Source of the DNA: Amphiscolops sp. MND2022
Lineage: Eukaryota
Reading direction: 5' to 3'
Assembly: GCA_964187785.1 (NCBI GenBank)
Contig: OZ076409.1
Location: forward strand, 85,748,001 to 85,812,000
Length of the DNA: 64,000 nt
In this document: positions 51,564 to 62,263 of the stretch, piece after piece
How the letters are laid out: each line of letters begins with the position of its first letter
How positions within the stretch are numbered: the first letter of the stretch is position 1
Translations under genes and position numbers: made by a program
Notes under the pieces: generated by a model
What the model was told of the DNA's origin: nothing
The model's input: the letters and a program-made list of their open reading frames with translations, nothing else
Database searches by the model: none

Positions 51564-54500
51564 TTAGATTTTTTTCGACTTAGAAGACTTTGGCTTGTTG
51601 GCCGCATCAGACTCTCTAGAATTGTCTTCGGAACATCGGGCAACGGACACGCTAAGTCGCCCAAGGGAGGGCCCAGGAGAAGGAGTACTGGCATTACTGG
51701 TCAATCTACTGACACTAGGAGTGGTCCCACCAGACTCTACAACAACTTTTTCAGCTTGTAGGACAGATCTCTTGTAGGCAGCCTCAAGTTTGCCCCGCAG
51801 AGCAGTTCTTCGCGGGCCACTACCCTTGAGGAAATTCCAAATCGAAATTTTTTTGTCAATCAACAAGTCCTGACCTCTTCCCAATAAGCGAAATGCTCGT
51901 CCAATTGAACGCTAATCTCTGTACAAACTGGAAACATGCGGAACACTCAAGTAAAACTGCTGCAGACCAGTCACGCATGATCGGAACATTTCTTTATCAG
52001 ATGACAATTTTGGGACTGGCACTTCAAAATGATCAACTTTGCCAACAAATGGAGGCAAGCAGAGAAAAGCGTAACGGAACAAATGAAGCAGGTCCGGTCG
52101 ACTTTGCCTTTCATAATGTGAGGCAAGGAACTGCACCCAATTGTCGTCCTTAGCCACAGAGTCAGCCCGCAGTTTGGTAACCAGAGAACGATGTTGGCTC
52201 ACACACTTGACTTTATCGCTAGGAGAAAGCCATCCCGAATTAACGAAATAGGTTGTGAGCTTTTCTACTGCACTAACGTAGTGCCTCCCTGGTCCATCTA
52301 CCATAACAGCCAAATCGAATGACGACAATCCTCTAATCAAATTTGAATTAACAAGCTCATGTTTCAGCAGAATTTTGCAAGAAGATTTGCAAAATGCAAT
52401 CGATTGATCAATGAATTTGCTCGGCCGCGGCAATCTGCTATCGATTACTGAATTGTGATAGTCAACATTTAAAACGAATTCCGAAGCAGTTTTGAAGGGA
52501 ACGTCAGTCCGATCCAAATCAAGGGGCAAATAATTGTCCCAATCAGAAATACTTCCCAAATTTTGATCGGGTAGAATATTCTGCAGTTGACTATACAGAA
52601 ACACCGCAAACTTGTTGAAAAGCCTGAATCCACTATCCATTTGACCTTCCAATTCGGAGAAAGCTGAATTATCTAAAACAAACAACACAGAATCCAGTTA
52701 AACATTCCCCTGAAGCCAGATATACGGAAAATACAACAAGAAGAACGTCGAAAAGATATACTATACACCATTCTCCATGTTGATGTATGAAGAATATACG
52801 TCATTAGAAGAAAATATTTATCAAAAATACGCCATTACACACTTTAAGCTATGCTGAGTACACGTCATTATGCGGAACTCACTGCAAAGCTTATACGAAC
52901 ACGTGTACAAATACTATTTGTCAATGTACAGAACGAAAAGTGGTGATTGCACGTCATTAGACAAATCTTACAAGAAATAGTATGACGTCAACAATTGGAA
53001 TGAATTGTGATGCCTATACGCTACCATGCGGAATGAGGCCTGATGACGATACGTCATTATGCGGATACAGCAGTGTGAAGAACGAGTCACAATGGTAATG
53101 CATCATTATGCGGAATGAGGTGTGATGTCTATACGTCATTATGCGGATACAGTAGAACGAAGAACAAGACATGGATGAAATGCATCATTATGCGGAATGA
53201 GCTATAACAACTATACGTCATTATGCGGTTTCAGCATGACGAAGAGTAAATTACAGTGTCATTACACAGAACGAGTTACAATGACCATACGCCACTATGC
53301 AGAATACGAATAACTCTGCGAAGTTAGCTTGTGATGCAAAATTAAAATAGAGATGCGCATATAAGCGGATTAATCTGGAATGATCACACTGGAATACGCG
53401 GAGTTAGCCTTAGAAAAGCAAAAATTGCAGTGTTTTGATCAAACCGGATAAAGCAGGACAGTAGCAACGATTAAAGCGACAAAACGTGGAAAATGGGACG
53501 CAACTACTAGATATTAGAAAAGAAATTGGATGTTGAGAAGTTAACACGCATAATATGTAAAAAGTTAGTCTGATTAACGGAACTGTTTCAAAAAGTCTAA
53601 GAATATGATGACAACTTACAATGGTCAATCACACATCGTATGATGAATAGACGGGCCAGGTAGGTTGTATCCAGCTTGAAACATTCATCGAGGGTGTTTG
53701 GCTAAAAGCAGTGAAGAATAAAATAAAGTGAAACTCGGACTTTTGTAATACGCGATAGAGAAAGCCGACCTCTCTCATGTGGAAGCAATAAATTGGCAGT
53801 CGCGAAACCTGATTGAGATGTTGTAACACATGGTCCCAGTTCGCAGAAAGCTGCTCAATGATGATGGACGCCTCATGGAGCGAGTATTCGAGTTTGATGA
53901 CACACTAAAAACGCAAAATTGACATTATTTTGAACATACTAACCAAGACAAAAGCTGTCAGGAAAATACCAACCTTGTGTAAAGTCGGCAATGAGTGAAG
54001 CCAGTCTCGATCAAGAGCTGTTCGAAGCTTCATCAGGAGGTAGTCGAGTATTGACCGGAAGTCATGCCTCTCAATAATTTGGGCTGTGGGCTTTTCAAGG
54101 GACTTTTCAAAATCACCTGGTCCATAAGTTTTGACAATTTTCGGTCGTCGGGTCCCGGGCAGTGTCGAAGCCAAGCTATTGCCAAGTTTGTCTCCGCCCC
54201 CAGGGACACTTATGCACGAAGGAGGTTGCTCGAGCAGGCTCAGGAGCGATGAAATTAAATCCAAAATGCGTCGGGGAATCAAAACCCCTCGGGGACCAGT
54301 ACCAATGCAGACACGGTAAAGTACATTTCCGGTCCAGAAGCACACGAAAAGATGAACGTGGGTTGGGTCATGCTGTAAGATGAGTGAATAGACCCCAGAA
54401 AATGAAATTGAAGTCACGCATTAATTCACCAGCTCACGGAACATGTACACAAAGATTCCCTGGGAACAAAATTAAACTCAGAAACTCAAATGACAATTTG

Positions 54501-56310
54501 ATCATGGGTAGAATTTTCTGGTTGAGAACGTTAACTTAAATTGAAAAGTAGGAAAATTTACTTACAAAAAAGCGATGTTCGCTCCAGTTGAGTGATGTAG
54601 CCCGTTGAACATTCGGGCGGTGTCGTACCAACTCATCATGGACTCCGGTCAGACTATTGAGATGGCCTCCAAACCGCAACCCGAACTCAAGGATGCAAAT
54701 TTGCGACAATACTTCTTCAGAAGGGCTTGTATGACTGGCTAAATCAGGTACTGAGGCTTGGATTACTAGGGGCCGGCACGGATCCAGTTGGGGCGCAATC
54801 GGGTAGGTGTCTTTCGCCTTCCTTTTAGCCTCGCTGAGCGGCACTTCTTGCAGTTCTTTCTCTTCTCGATCGAAGTGCGGCATTCCAGGGATTTCCATGC
54901 GGATCATGCTAATTGGCCCTCAGTCCGATAGTGGGACATTAACTCTAAAACACCTCTGCACATAAGGGATAGCTCCACTTTGCAGACCCTACACCACCAT
55001 TTGTAAGGTGTTTTCTCTTGTCAAGAGGCCCAGTAGCCGAAAACTTTAAGACAGGGTGTTCCGTGAACATATGGGTTTTCAGGGAGTATTTGGGTCTTTG
55101 CCTCTTCCCTCGTACAAAAGAAGATCCAGCTGTTGGAGGGTAAGGCACCATGGGTAGCTCGGAGCTGTCTACTGCATTGGGATTGGAGACATTCGCAGTG
55201 TCTCCTTGGTTCCTCACGGGTTCATTTGTGACCATTAATGAAATCGGTTGGTCCCACTCGGGGTCTGCACTTTGCAGAAGGGAAGGGGGTAGGCGGTCTA
55301 GCACTCTAGACAGAGCAAGCATCTCATTTCTCGTGATACTGATTCTCCCAGGATTCACTCGGGGCATCATTTCTTCTTCATCGATCACAAGATTTTGAGT
55401 CGGGGTATTAGTGAGATTAGCTTGAGCAATTGGTTCCGGTTCAACAGTGTGGTGAGTAGGGGATGTGGTCTCTTCTTCGTGAGAGCGATCAAGGATGTAA
55501 CGACTAAACGGAGAAGACATCATGTGGGAACTTCCAGCTGCCATAATCCCTTCCAGCAGTTCTTGGGATATTTCCCCAGGAAATAGATCCATGGCGGGTG
55601 GAGGAGGAGTGTCACAACCTTGAGTTTGAGTATTCTCGCTTTGTTCAGCACCAAGAGGCTGTTCAACGTGATGCTCAATCCCTTCGCAAGTTTGATGAAG
55701 CACAACTACTGACGAATCATCGTCCCGTACGACAGAATCTGGCACCCCTTCTTCTGCTGGGGGATTTTTTGGGACGAAAGTTTTCTCCGCAGTAGAACAG
55801 GGCAAAACAGACGTGGAAGGACCAGGATTGTTTGCCTGGGTAGCAGGGGAAATGACTTCTAACGGGGTATATATCTTGGGTAGGAGATCTTCCAGGAGAC
55901 CTCTCTGTTGCTCCAAGTTCGACTAAAACAATCAAATCGTTACCGTCTGAGTAATTCGGACCGGTTTCAGAACAAATGATCTCTGTTTTAGCTTTAAGGG
56001 AAAAGAAAGCGGAAGCATAGCTAATTCGGAAGTCACAAAATTCGAACCGGAAATTGATAAACTTCCACGAAGAGATATTTAGCTGTTGTAGTACTCTAGC
56101 TTCAAAATAGATGTTAGCCTGGCCAGCTTTTCATCTTTTAAAAATTACCGATCGGGAAACAAATTCGGAAAGAAGCAAAATTCACTCGAAAGAGTAAAAT
56201 GAGTCGAACTTACCAGGAGCAGCGGCAGTTGGAGATTTGTAGTCCCAAGAAGTGAAGTGCTTGCGTGACAGCATATCTTTCCGGGATTTCCGTCTTGAAT
56301 TCGAATCCAT
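51564..56310 (-). pseudogene. Antisense multi-exon accessory gene (~1100 codons): BED-like Zn finger + degenerate hAT-transposase-like body
   Basis: GT-AG introns 52710-53619, 53905-53973 and 54460-54565 (the latter two join flanking ORFs in frame); donor GTAAGT at 56213; WWCRVCKVELSL..GVLELMSHY; LIRGLSSFD...LTTYFVNSGWLS...W..FL...PDL..LF....LCL. Confidence 0.7.
52790..53400 (+). repeat. Array of ~15 ATACGTCATTATGCGGA-like motifs with 33/49-bp spacing (82-bp higher-order unit), inside the antisense intron
   Basis: Best copies start at 53016, 53049, 53098, 53131, 53180, 53213. Confidence 0.9.
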
Positions 56311-57737
56311 CTCTCGAACAAATGATTGTAAAGGGTGTTGAAAGCACAATAAATAATTCAGAGTGGTAACAATTGAATACGGGAGTTAAAATGAGCGGAA
56401 AATTGAAATTAAATTTGGGATCCTTGGATTGAAGGGAGTACGGGAAGAGACTAAATAACTGGAAACTAACTATGCTATACGACGAAAAGACTGATTAAAA
56501 AGGTTTAAAATTAAGCAGATTGCAGAAACTGGTGAAATAATCAAAGGCGTGGCGTAACAAAACGAGGCAAAGAAGCAAATGAAACATGTATTTTTTGAAA
56601 ATGCTTGTTCAAACTGAACGCTGATTGGTCAATTAAAATGTCAATCACCACTGCCAGGGTGATAGATTGATTAATTGACAGCCACCAATCACTTCTTACT
56701 TGAGCGCAAAGCAGAGATGGTTAGATGACGTAATATATAAACTACAAAACATGCAAGCACGCGGCAGTATACGATTCAAGCTGTGACGAACATACGTCAG
56801 TACACGAATTACAGGACGTGAGTACGCGACAATGCCCGCATCAAGTGATGATGAGCATACGGCATTATTTGGAATTACCATTGCCAGGTGCAATATAATT
56901 TACAGAGCTACAGATGAGATTATGCGTCAACATGCGGATCAACTACAGATGATTATACTATAATATGCGGATTCGCAAAGTGGTTACGCGGTAATATGCG
57001 GAATTACCATAGCGGAGTATAAAGGGGTACTCTGAACCACACGAACGGCAACAGAACAGACCGAACAAATATGTTACGTAATACAAAGCACGACAGCCAC
57101 ACACAACAGTGTTAGAGCGAGTATTGGAAAGAAGCGAAAGGTTGCTGGTTACTTTATGGCAATAGACAATTCTCTCAAACAATTATTGATTACAATGCGC
57201 TTTTAAAATGAAACTTACAAACAAAAACATATAAACTGATGTTTATTTCAATATGGTCACTTGAAACTTTAGTTTCGAACATTTTGTTGGAAAAACTAAA
57301 TTCTTAGTCATGTAAGATGATTATATATTTCCTTTATACTATATTTTCATATAACGGAAAAAGAGTCATGTAATCCTTTGATAAGGATCATAATTTTGTT
57401 TGTTTGCTATTAAACTAACTGAAACACCGCCAAAGGGTTGAGGTGAAGAAGACATCCACCTAAGAAATTTCTTAAATTGAATTTGTTTACGTCGAGTTAC
57501 TAGAAATCACAACAAATTTCATGAATCCAAACCCTAGTGTCAGGATAGAGACCAAATAAGGAAGCCGTGAAACCCTGAGAGTCATGACACTCAGTTTTTG
57601 CGCGGGTTTTTGTCGAAGAAAAAAGGAACTGAAAAAATATCACAATATGGTCTATAATAACTTGAATTTCAGTTGTTTCTAATTCCAAAACTTTGCCTTT
57701 TTGCTGATCCTTATTTCACAAATACATCTTCAAAAAA
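56311..57737. promoter_or_regulatory. Probable divergent promoter region (CCAAT boxes ~56625 and ~56686; motif array ~56720-57015; TATAAA ~57018)
   Basis: Non-coding interval between two divergently oriented ORFs; contains ATGCGTCAACATGCGG-type motifs. Confidence 0.5.
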
Positions 57738-58650
57738 ATGAACGCAACACAATTTAACATCACTGAAGATCTGGGTTACTCGCCCATTTCCCCTGATGTG
57801 ATAGATATATCAAACGAATCCGGAGAAGAATTTGTCGTGGAACCTGGTAATACTGCACAGATAAATGAGAGATTTAGAATCAACACTATGGGATCTAACA
57901 TCATGGTCGCTTTTGTGGGATCAGCGACAGCCGCTTTGTTCCCCCCTTCGAATTCAATCGGTCGACAAGGGACCATTGATACCGCTGGCACTACTATTTA
58001 AAATTGAAAGGGAAATCATGGAGCTGATCGAGGAAAAACCGCTTTCACCTTCTACTTCCTCGTTGTCTTTCATACACTCGGAATTTCAAGAAGTGGACAT
58101 TTCGCCAAGAGACTCTTCCGAAGCGCCAGAAAGACTGTTAAACAATTACGGACGACCCGTTGCTGCTATTTTGCCCACACCTAGGATTCCCAGACAACAA
58201 CCAGATGAGATGATCAGACCGATACCAACATACCCTCTGAACTTCTCACAAGAATCTACCATGTTTCAGCAAGTCACTGCAACTAATGATCAAGGAATTA
58301 CAAACACCCCAGCTTACGAAGCAGGGGTGTACATTCACAAAACGCGTTCGTTTCAACAGAACCACAATACCCAGCTGTAGGAGACATCACACCAATGGTA
58401 ATACATTTGCCCCCTAGATCTATGGTGGATGTCTCTGTCAATTTTATTGGCCCATCTCAACAAGTTACCCAATTTGGATTCCTGTTCAACATCCTACTTT
58501 GCCCCAACGTTCCTGCGTTGGTGGCTAGCGAAGGACAAATCTTCCGGCTGTTTCCCAAGGTCATGCCTGACGTTTCCGGATACTGTCATCTTTAAAACCG
58601 CAGGACTGTCGCAGTCCCAAAGATGCGATGGGTCCGGAGTGCATCAGTGA
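57738..58650 (+). pseudogene. Accessory ORF3 (~300 codons, acidic/Pro/Ser-rich, non-env) ending 44 nt inside the LTR
   Basis: Fragments 57738-58001, 57865-58380, 58429-58650; C-terminal LSQSQRCDGSGVHQ* is mirrored by (L)SHPSRCDGSVVQQ* at the start of the copy-1 LTR. Confidence 0.6.
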
Positions 58651-60267
58651 AAGATAAACAACGACTGCAACAAACATTCTAAATACTGAAATTTTTGTTT
58701 CTTTTCTATTCACTTTCATCAAGTCATGTAAATTCTAGATATATATTTGTATAATTGAGTCATTTTGAGATTTTTCTGAGCTGTTATTGTAGGATCATTC
58801 ATGTAAGAAGGCGCTAAAATACATGGTTCATTACAAAGATTAGAGTAAAACTCTCTATGCTATGAATTCTGTGCTCATTATGCGTCAATATGCCGTAAAT
58901 GTTGTGGCGTATAAGAGTCAAAAGTCATTTTTAGGAAATGTTGTATACGTCATCATACGTAAACTTGTTTTACCTATATGCGGTATTGTACGTTTATTAA
59001 CTCCACGACAATATGCGTTTTTGGATAAGCCGCATATGCGGCAATGTGCGTTTTTACAATGCAATTATACACTGTTGAGCAGTTCTTATGATATCGCATG
59101 TACGTCAACATGCGGTTTTCGCAGTGAAAATACGAACGATTGTACAATATGAGTTATGGAGTGTACGCTGTTGTGCGTTATTGAATGTTGAGGTTTACAT
59201 GTTGTATACGCTATCCTGCGGTACATGGTATACCGCGTATACGTCTTTAACATTTTTAGCGGAACTCTCATCATTTTGAAGTCATGTAGCGTTTAATTCA
59301 TCTGGTAGTACTTGAAACGTAATATACAGCATCTAGCCTTGTTTTCCTAGGATTTTTACGGCCACTTGATAATATTTAGGATGTCATCGCAGTGTAATTT
59401 AAAGGATATAAATAGAATGATGTCATTTTGACGTTATACTATTATTAGCTCTTTAAATAATGATACCAGTAAAAATGATTGTCATCCTTTTTATATTTTT
59501 TGGAAAACTTGAGGGACCATTCATACAAACTTTATCTCTCTCACCAAACAGTTGCTTACATCTCAACCTGATCTTTGTGAAAGCAGTCTTTTTACTAACA
59601 TTGTTTTTCTCCTGAATTGTCTTTAGATAATTTTTTTGAATAAATTCAAAGTCTTCCCCAGCAACCAAATTACTATTTTCCTTTGAGAAAGATGGGGAAC
59701 AAAAGAAATAGGAGGTCCAGGAGATTGGAGACCCCGTCTCCAGAAAGAGGACTCAATGATACCCAGGTAGAAACATCAACCCAAGGTAATATTACTTTGA
59801 CAAATACTGAATCTAATACCCAAGGAAACCTAGACAATGATGAACTTAGGAGTCAATTAATTGAACCTAGCCAGTTAAGCAATGAATTTCAAGCGTGGTC
59901 TGATAATTTTGAACAAAAAACAATGATAGAATAACAAAAATGAGAGAAGAAATGGAGAATAAATTAGACGCCATCTTGAAAGAGATAAAGTCTAATAAAA
60001 GTGTATCTACAGTAAGGAACCCGAGTACTGAAATGAATGACATACAAAACATGCAACCTTCAGGATCCAAAACTAATAGGTCTATTGGAGTACACGCATC
60101 TCACATCTATAACTCAGACTCAGAAAACGACGGTTATCCTCTACAAGCTTCTAAAATGAGAGACCTGAAACATCCTGCTAAACCACTGTTCAGAAGCGAA
60201 TCTGATGTAGATGTAACTATACACTCGGACGAAGAGTCTGACGCTGAAGAAGTGGAGGATTATCACA
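58607..60267 (+). repeat. LTR (1661 bp) shared by copy 2 (as 3' LTR) and the downstream gag (as 5' LTR)
   Basis: TGTCGCA...TATCACA; colinear with 4928-6610; motif array 58870-59265; TATA 59407-59414. Confidence 0.8.
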
Positions 60268-60876
60268 TGGTGACAGGAGCTAACAAACATCTCCATAGAC
60301 AAAGTTCACAAAACTCCCAACCCTTAAACGATACCATTGGATCCCGAGCAGATCGACAAACATCAACAGCCATAGAAACACCTTCTGACCCAGTAAACCA
60401 AAATGCCCAAGCAATAGAGAAACTAGCAAACAAAAATGCACCACAATCACTGTTTCATCCGAAAAACACATTGACTTTCAATGGAAAAAATGATAAAATT
60501 GAGAAATTCGATTACTTTGAAGACTTGTTCCACACAACGCTTCGTATGCAGCCAAATCTAACCGAGGAAATGAAAATTAATCACTTCCACGCTCACCTTA
60601 GAGGTTTGGCTCTAAAAACCTTCAAAAACATACAAAGCACTCCAACTACAACCCTAGAGGACATCTTGAAAGCCTTCCGTAGAAAATATGTAAAACCAGA
60701 ATCCAGTGCTTCAGCAAAGCACCGATTTAACAGACTTTTTTTCGACCCCGAAAACTAAAAACTACCAGACTTCCTTGAAGAACTTCAAGAAAGTGCTGAA
60801 AAAGCGTTTAGAGACAATGCACATCAGATGATAGAGAATTTACTCTATGCAAAGATGCCCCCTCACCTTAAAAAGC
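59692..60876 (+). pseudogene. gag: Gag, same family as copy 1; frameshift ~59930, stop 60756, truncated ~60876
   Basis: MGNKRNRRSRRLETPSPER...DYHMVTGA...KYVKPESSASAKHRF, closely matching 3816-5507. Confidence 0.92.
60268..60280 (+). promoter_or_regulatory. PBS TGGTGACAGGAGC
   Basis: Follows the LTR terminal CA. Confidence 0.8.
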
Positions 60877-60879
60877 ATG

Positions 60880-62263
60880 AATGATGAACTCGGTCAGCGT
60901 CCAAATCCAGATTGCCATCAATGATGCCATTAGAAATCAAGTGTACCGCAGATTCAAAATGCCGTTCAGGGCGGTTCAGGACAAATGACCAAATATGGAT
61001 GGTATGTTCCGTCCGATAAACCGGAAGTTAATTCCGAAGGTTTGCGAAGCGAGAAGGTTAGGAATGACTTGAGAAGTGAGCAAACACACGGACGTCAATT
61101 CAGTGACCATTCCCACGACCGTAATACTTACGACATGGTGACAGGAGAAAAAGAATCTCGAATACAAGTTCCTTAGTTTCTCACGGGACGAATACCATCA
61201 AGAAGTCATCTCAACCAGTCCTATGATGACATCAACCGTGACACGACGATCCCAGCAAAAGAGAGAATCGCCCCGGTTGTCGAACCAGATCCAATTAGCC
61301 GACTAGCAGACGTATTGACAGATGTGCAGAATCGCCCAACAGACTAAAAACTCACTATCCGTCCGGTCAACTCTAACACAATGAGCTTTGACGGCAAAAG
61401 CGAGACGTTAAAGCTGTTCGAAGATCTCTTCCACACCATGATCAAGATGCAACCCAAAAATGTCTGAACAGATGAAAAGCAATCACTTCCACTCACTCTT
61501 GAGGAAGAATGCCCTTCAGACATTCATGAACCTTAACACAGCCAATAGAGAAACACTTAAAGACGTATTAGTCATTTTTAGACAAAAATACGTCAAGCCT
61601 GAGTCACAAGCGGCTGCTAAACGCAAATGGCACTGCTTGGTCTTTAACCACAACACAATGAAGTTACCAGACTTCCTTGAGGAATTGAATCAAAGCGCAG
61701 AAAACGCGTTTGGAGACAACGCCCAAAAAACGATTGACAGTCTCCTTTACGCAGAACTACCGTCGAAATTGAAAAGATCAGTCATCATGGCCAGATTAGA
61801 AAATGGCTCATATGACGAGATAGTTGTTCACTTAGAGAGAGAACTCGAGCTTAACGACCTTGGGAGTCAGATGACCTACCCATGGCAACGATGACCTCCT
61901 CATCTTCTAAGTTAAAACCCCTCTCTCCACTGGGCAAACGTCCGACATCACCTGCAATTATTGCAGAAAAAGGGCCATATGGTCAAAGACTGTGAAAAAT
62001 TGAAGAAGAAAAAAGAGAAAGATGCCGAACAAGGCACACCGACCCAGAAGAAAACCTATCCCAAATGCGGCATGACTTGTGGCAAGAGCAACCACTCAGA
62101 GGAACGATGTTGGCAGGGTGCCGGCGCGCATCTTAAACCTAAGAGCACCAGGCCCGAGGATTCATCTGATAATGATCCCGGTTCAAAAGCTTCAAAACCC
62201 CACCATAACGCAACATCGTCCAACTCCCAGTCTTCATCCAAGAAAGACGACTCAAAAAACTAG
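60880..62263 (+). pseudogene. gag: Degenerate gag of the third element
   Basis: ORF fragments 60985-61176, 61460-61894, 61961-62263. Confidence 0.88.
62254..62260 (+). promoter_or_regulatory. -1 frameshift heptamer A_AAA_AAC before the gag UAG
   Basis: TCA AAA AAC TAG; same position as the UUUAAAC in copy 1. Confidence 0.75.

Larger units (their letters stand above)
46660..60267 (+). mobile_element. Ty3/Gypsy element copy 2: 5'-truncated pol + 7.2-kb accessory region + LTR
   Basis: Pol clearly homologous to copy 1; ORF3 runs into the LTR at 58607, tying the interval to the element. Confidence 0.85.

Noticed and set aside
52790..53400. CRISPR-like repeat/spacer appearance
   Set aside because: Repeats are only ~17 nt and degenerate, the linkers are related to each other (82-bp higher-order unit), there are no cas genes, and the context is a eukaryotic retroelement.
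57738..58650. env gene
   Set aside because: No evident signal peptide, furin site or transmembrane anchor.
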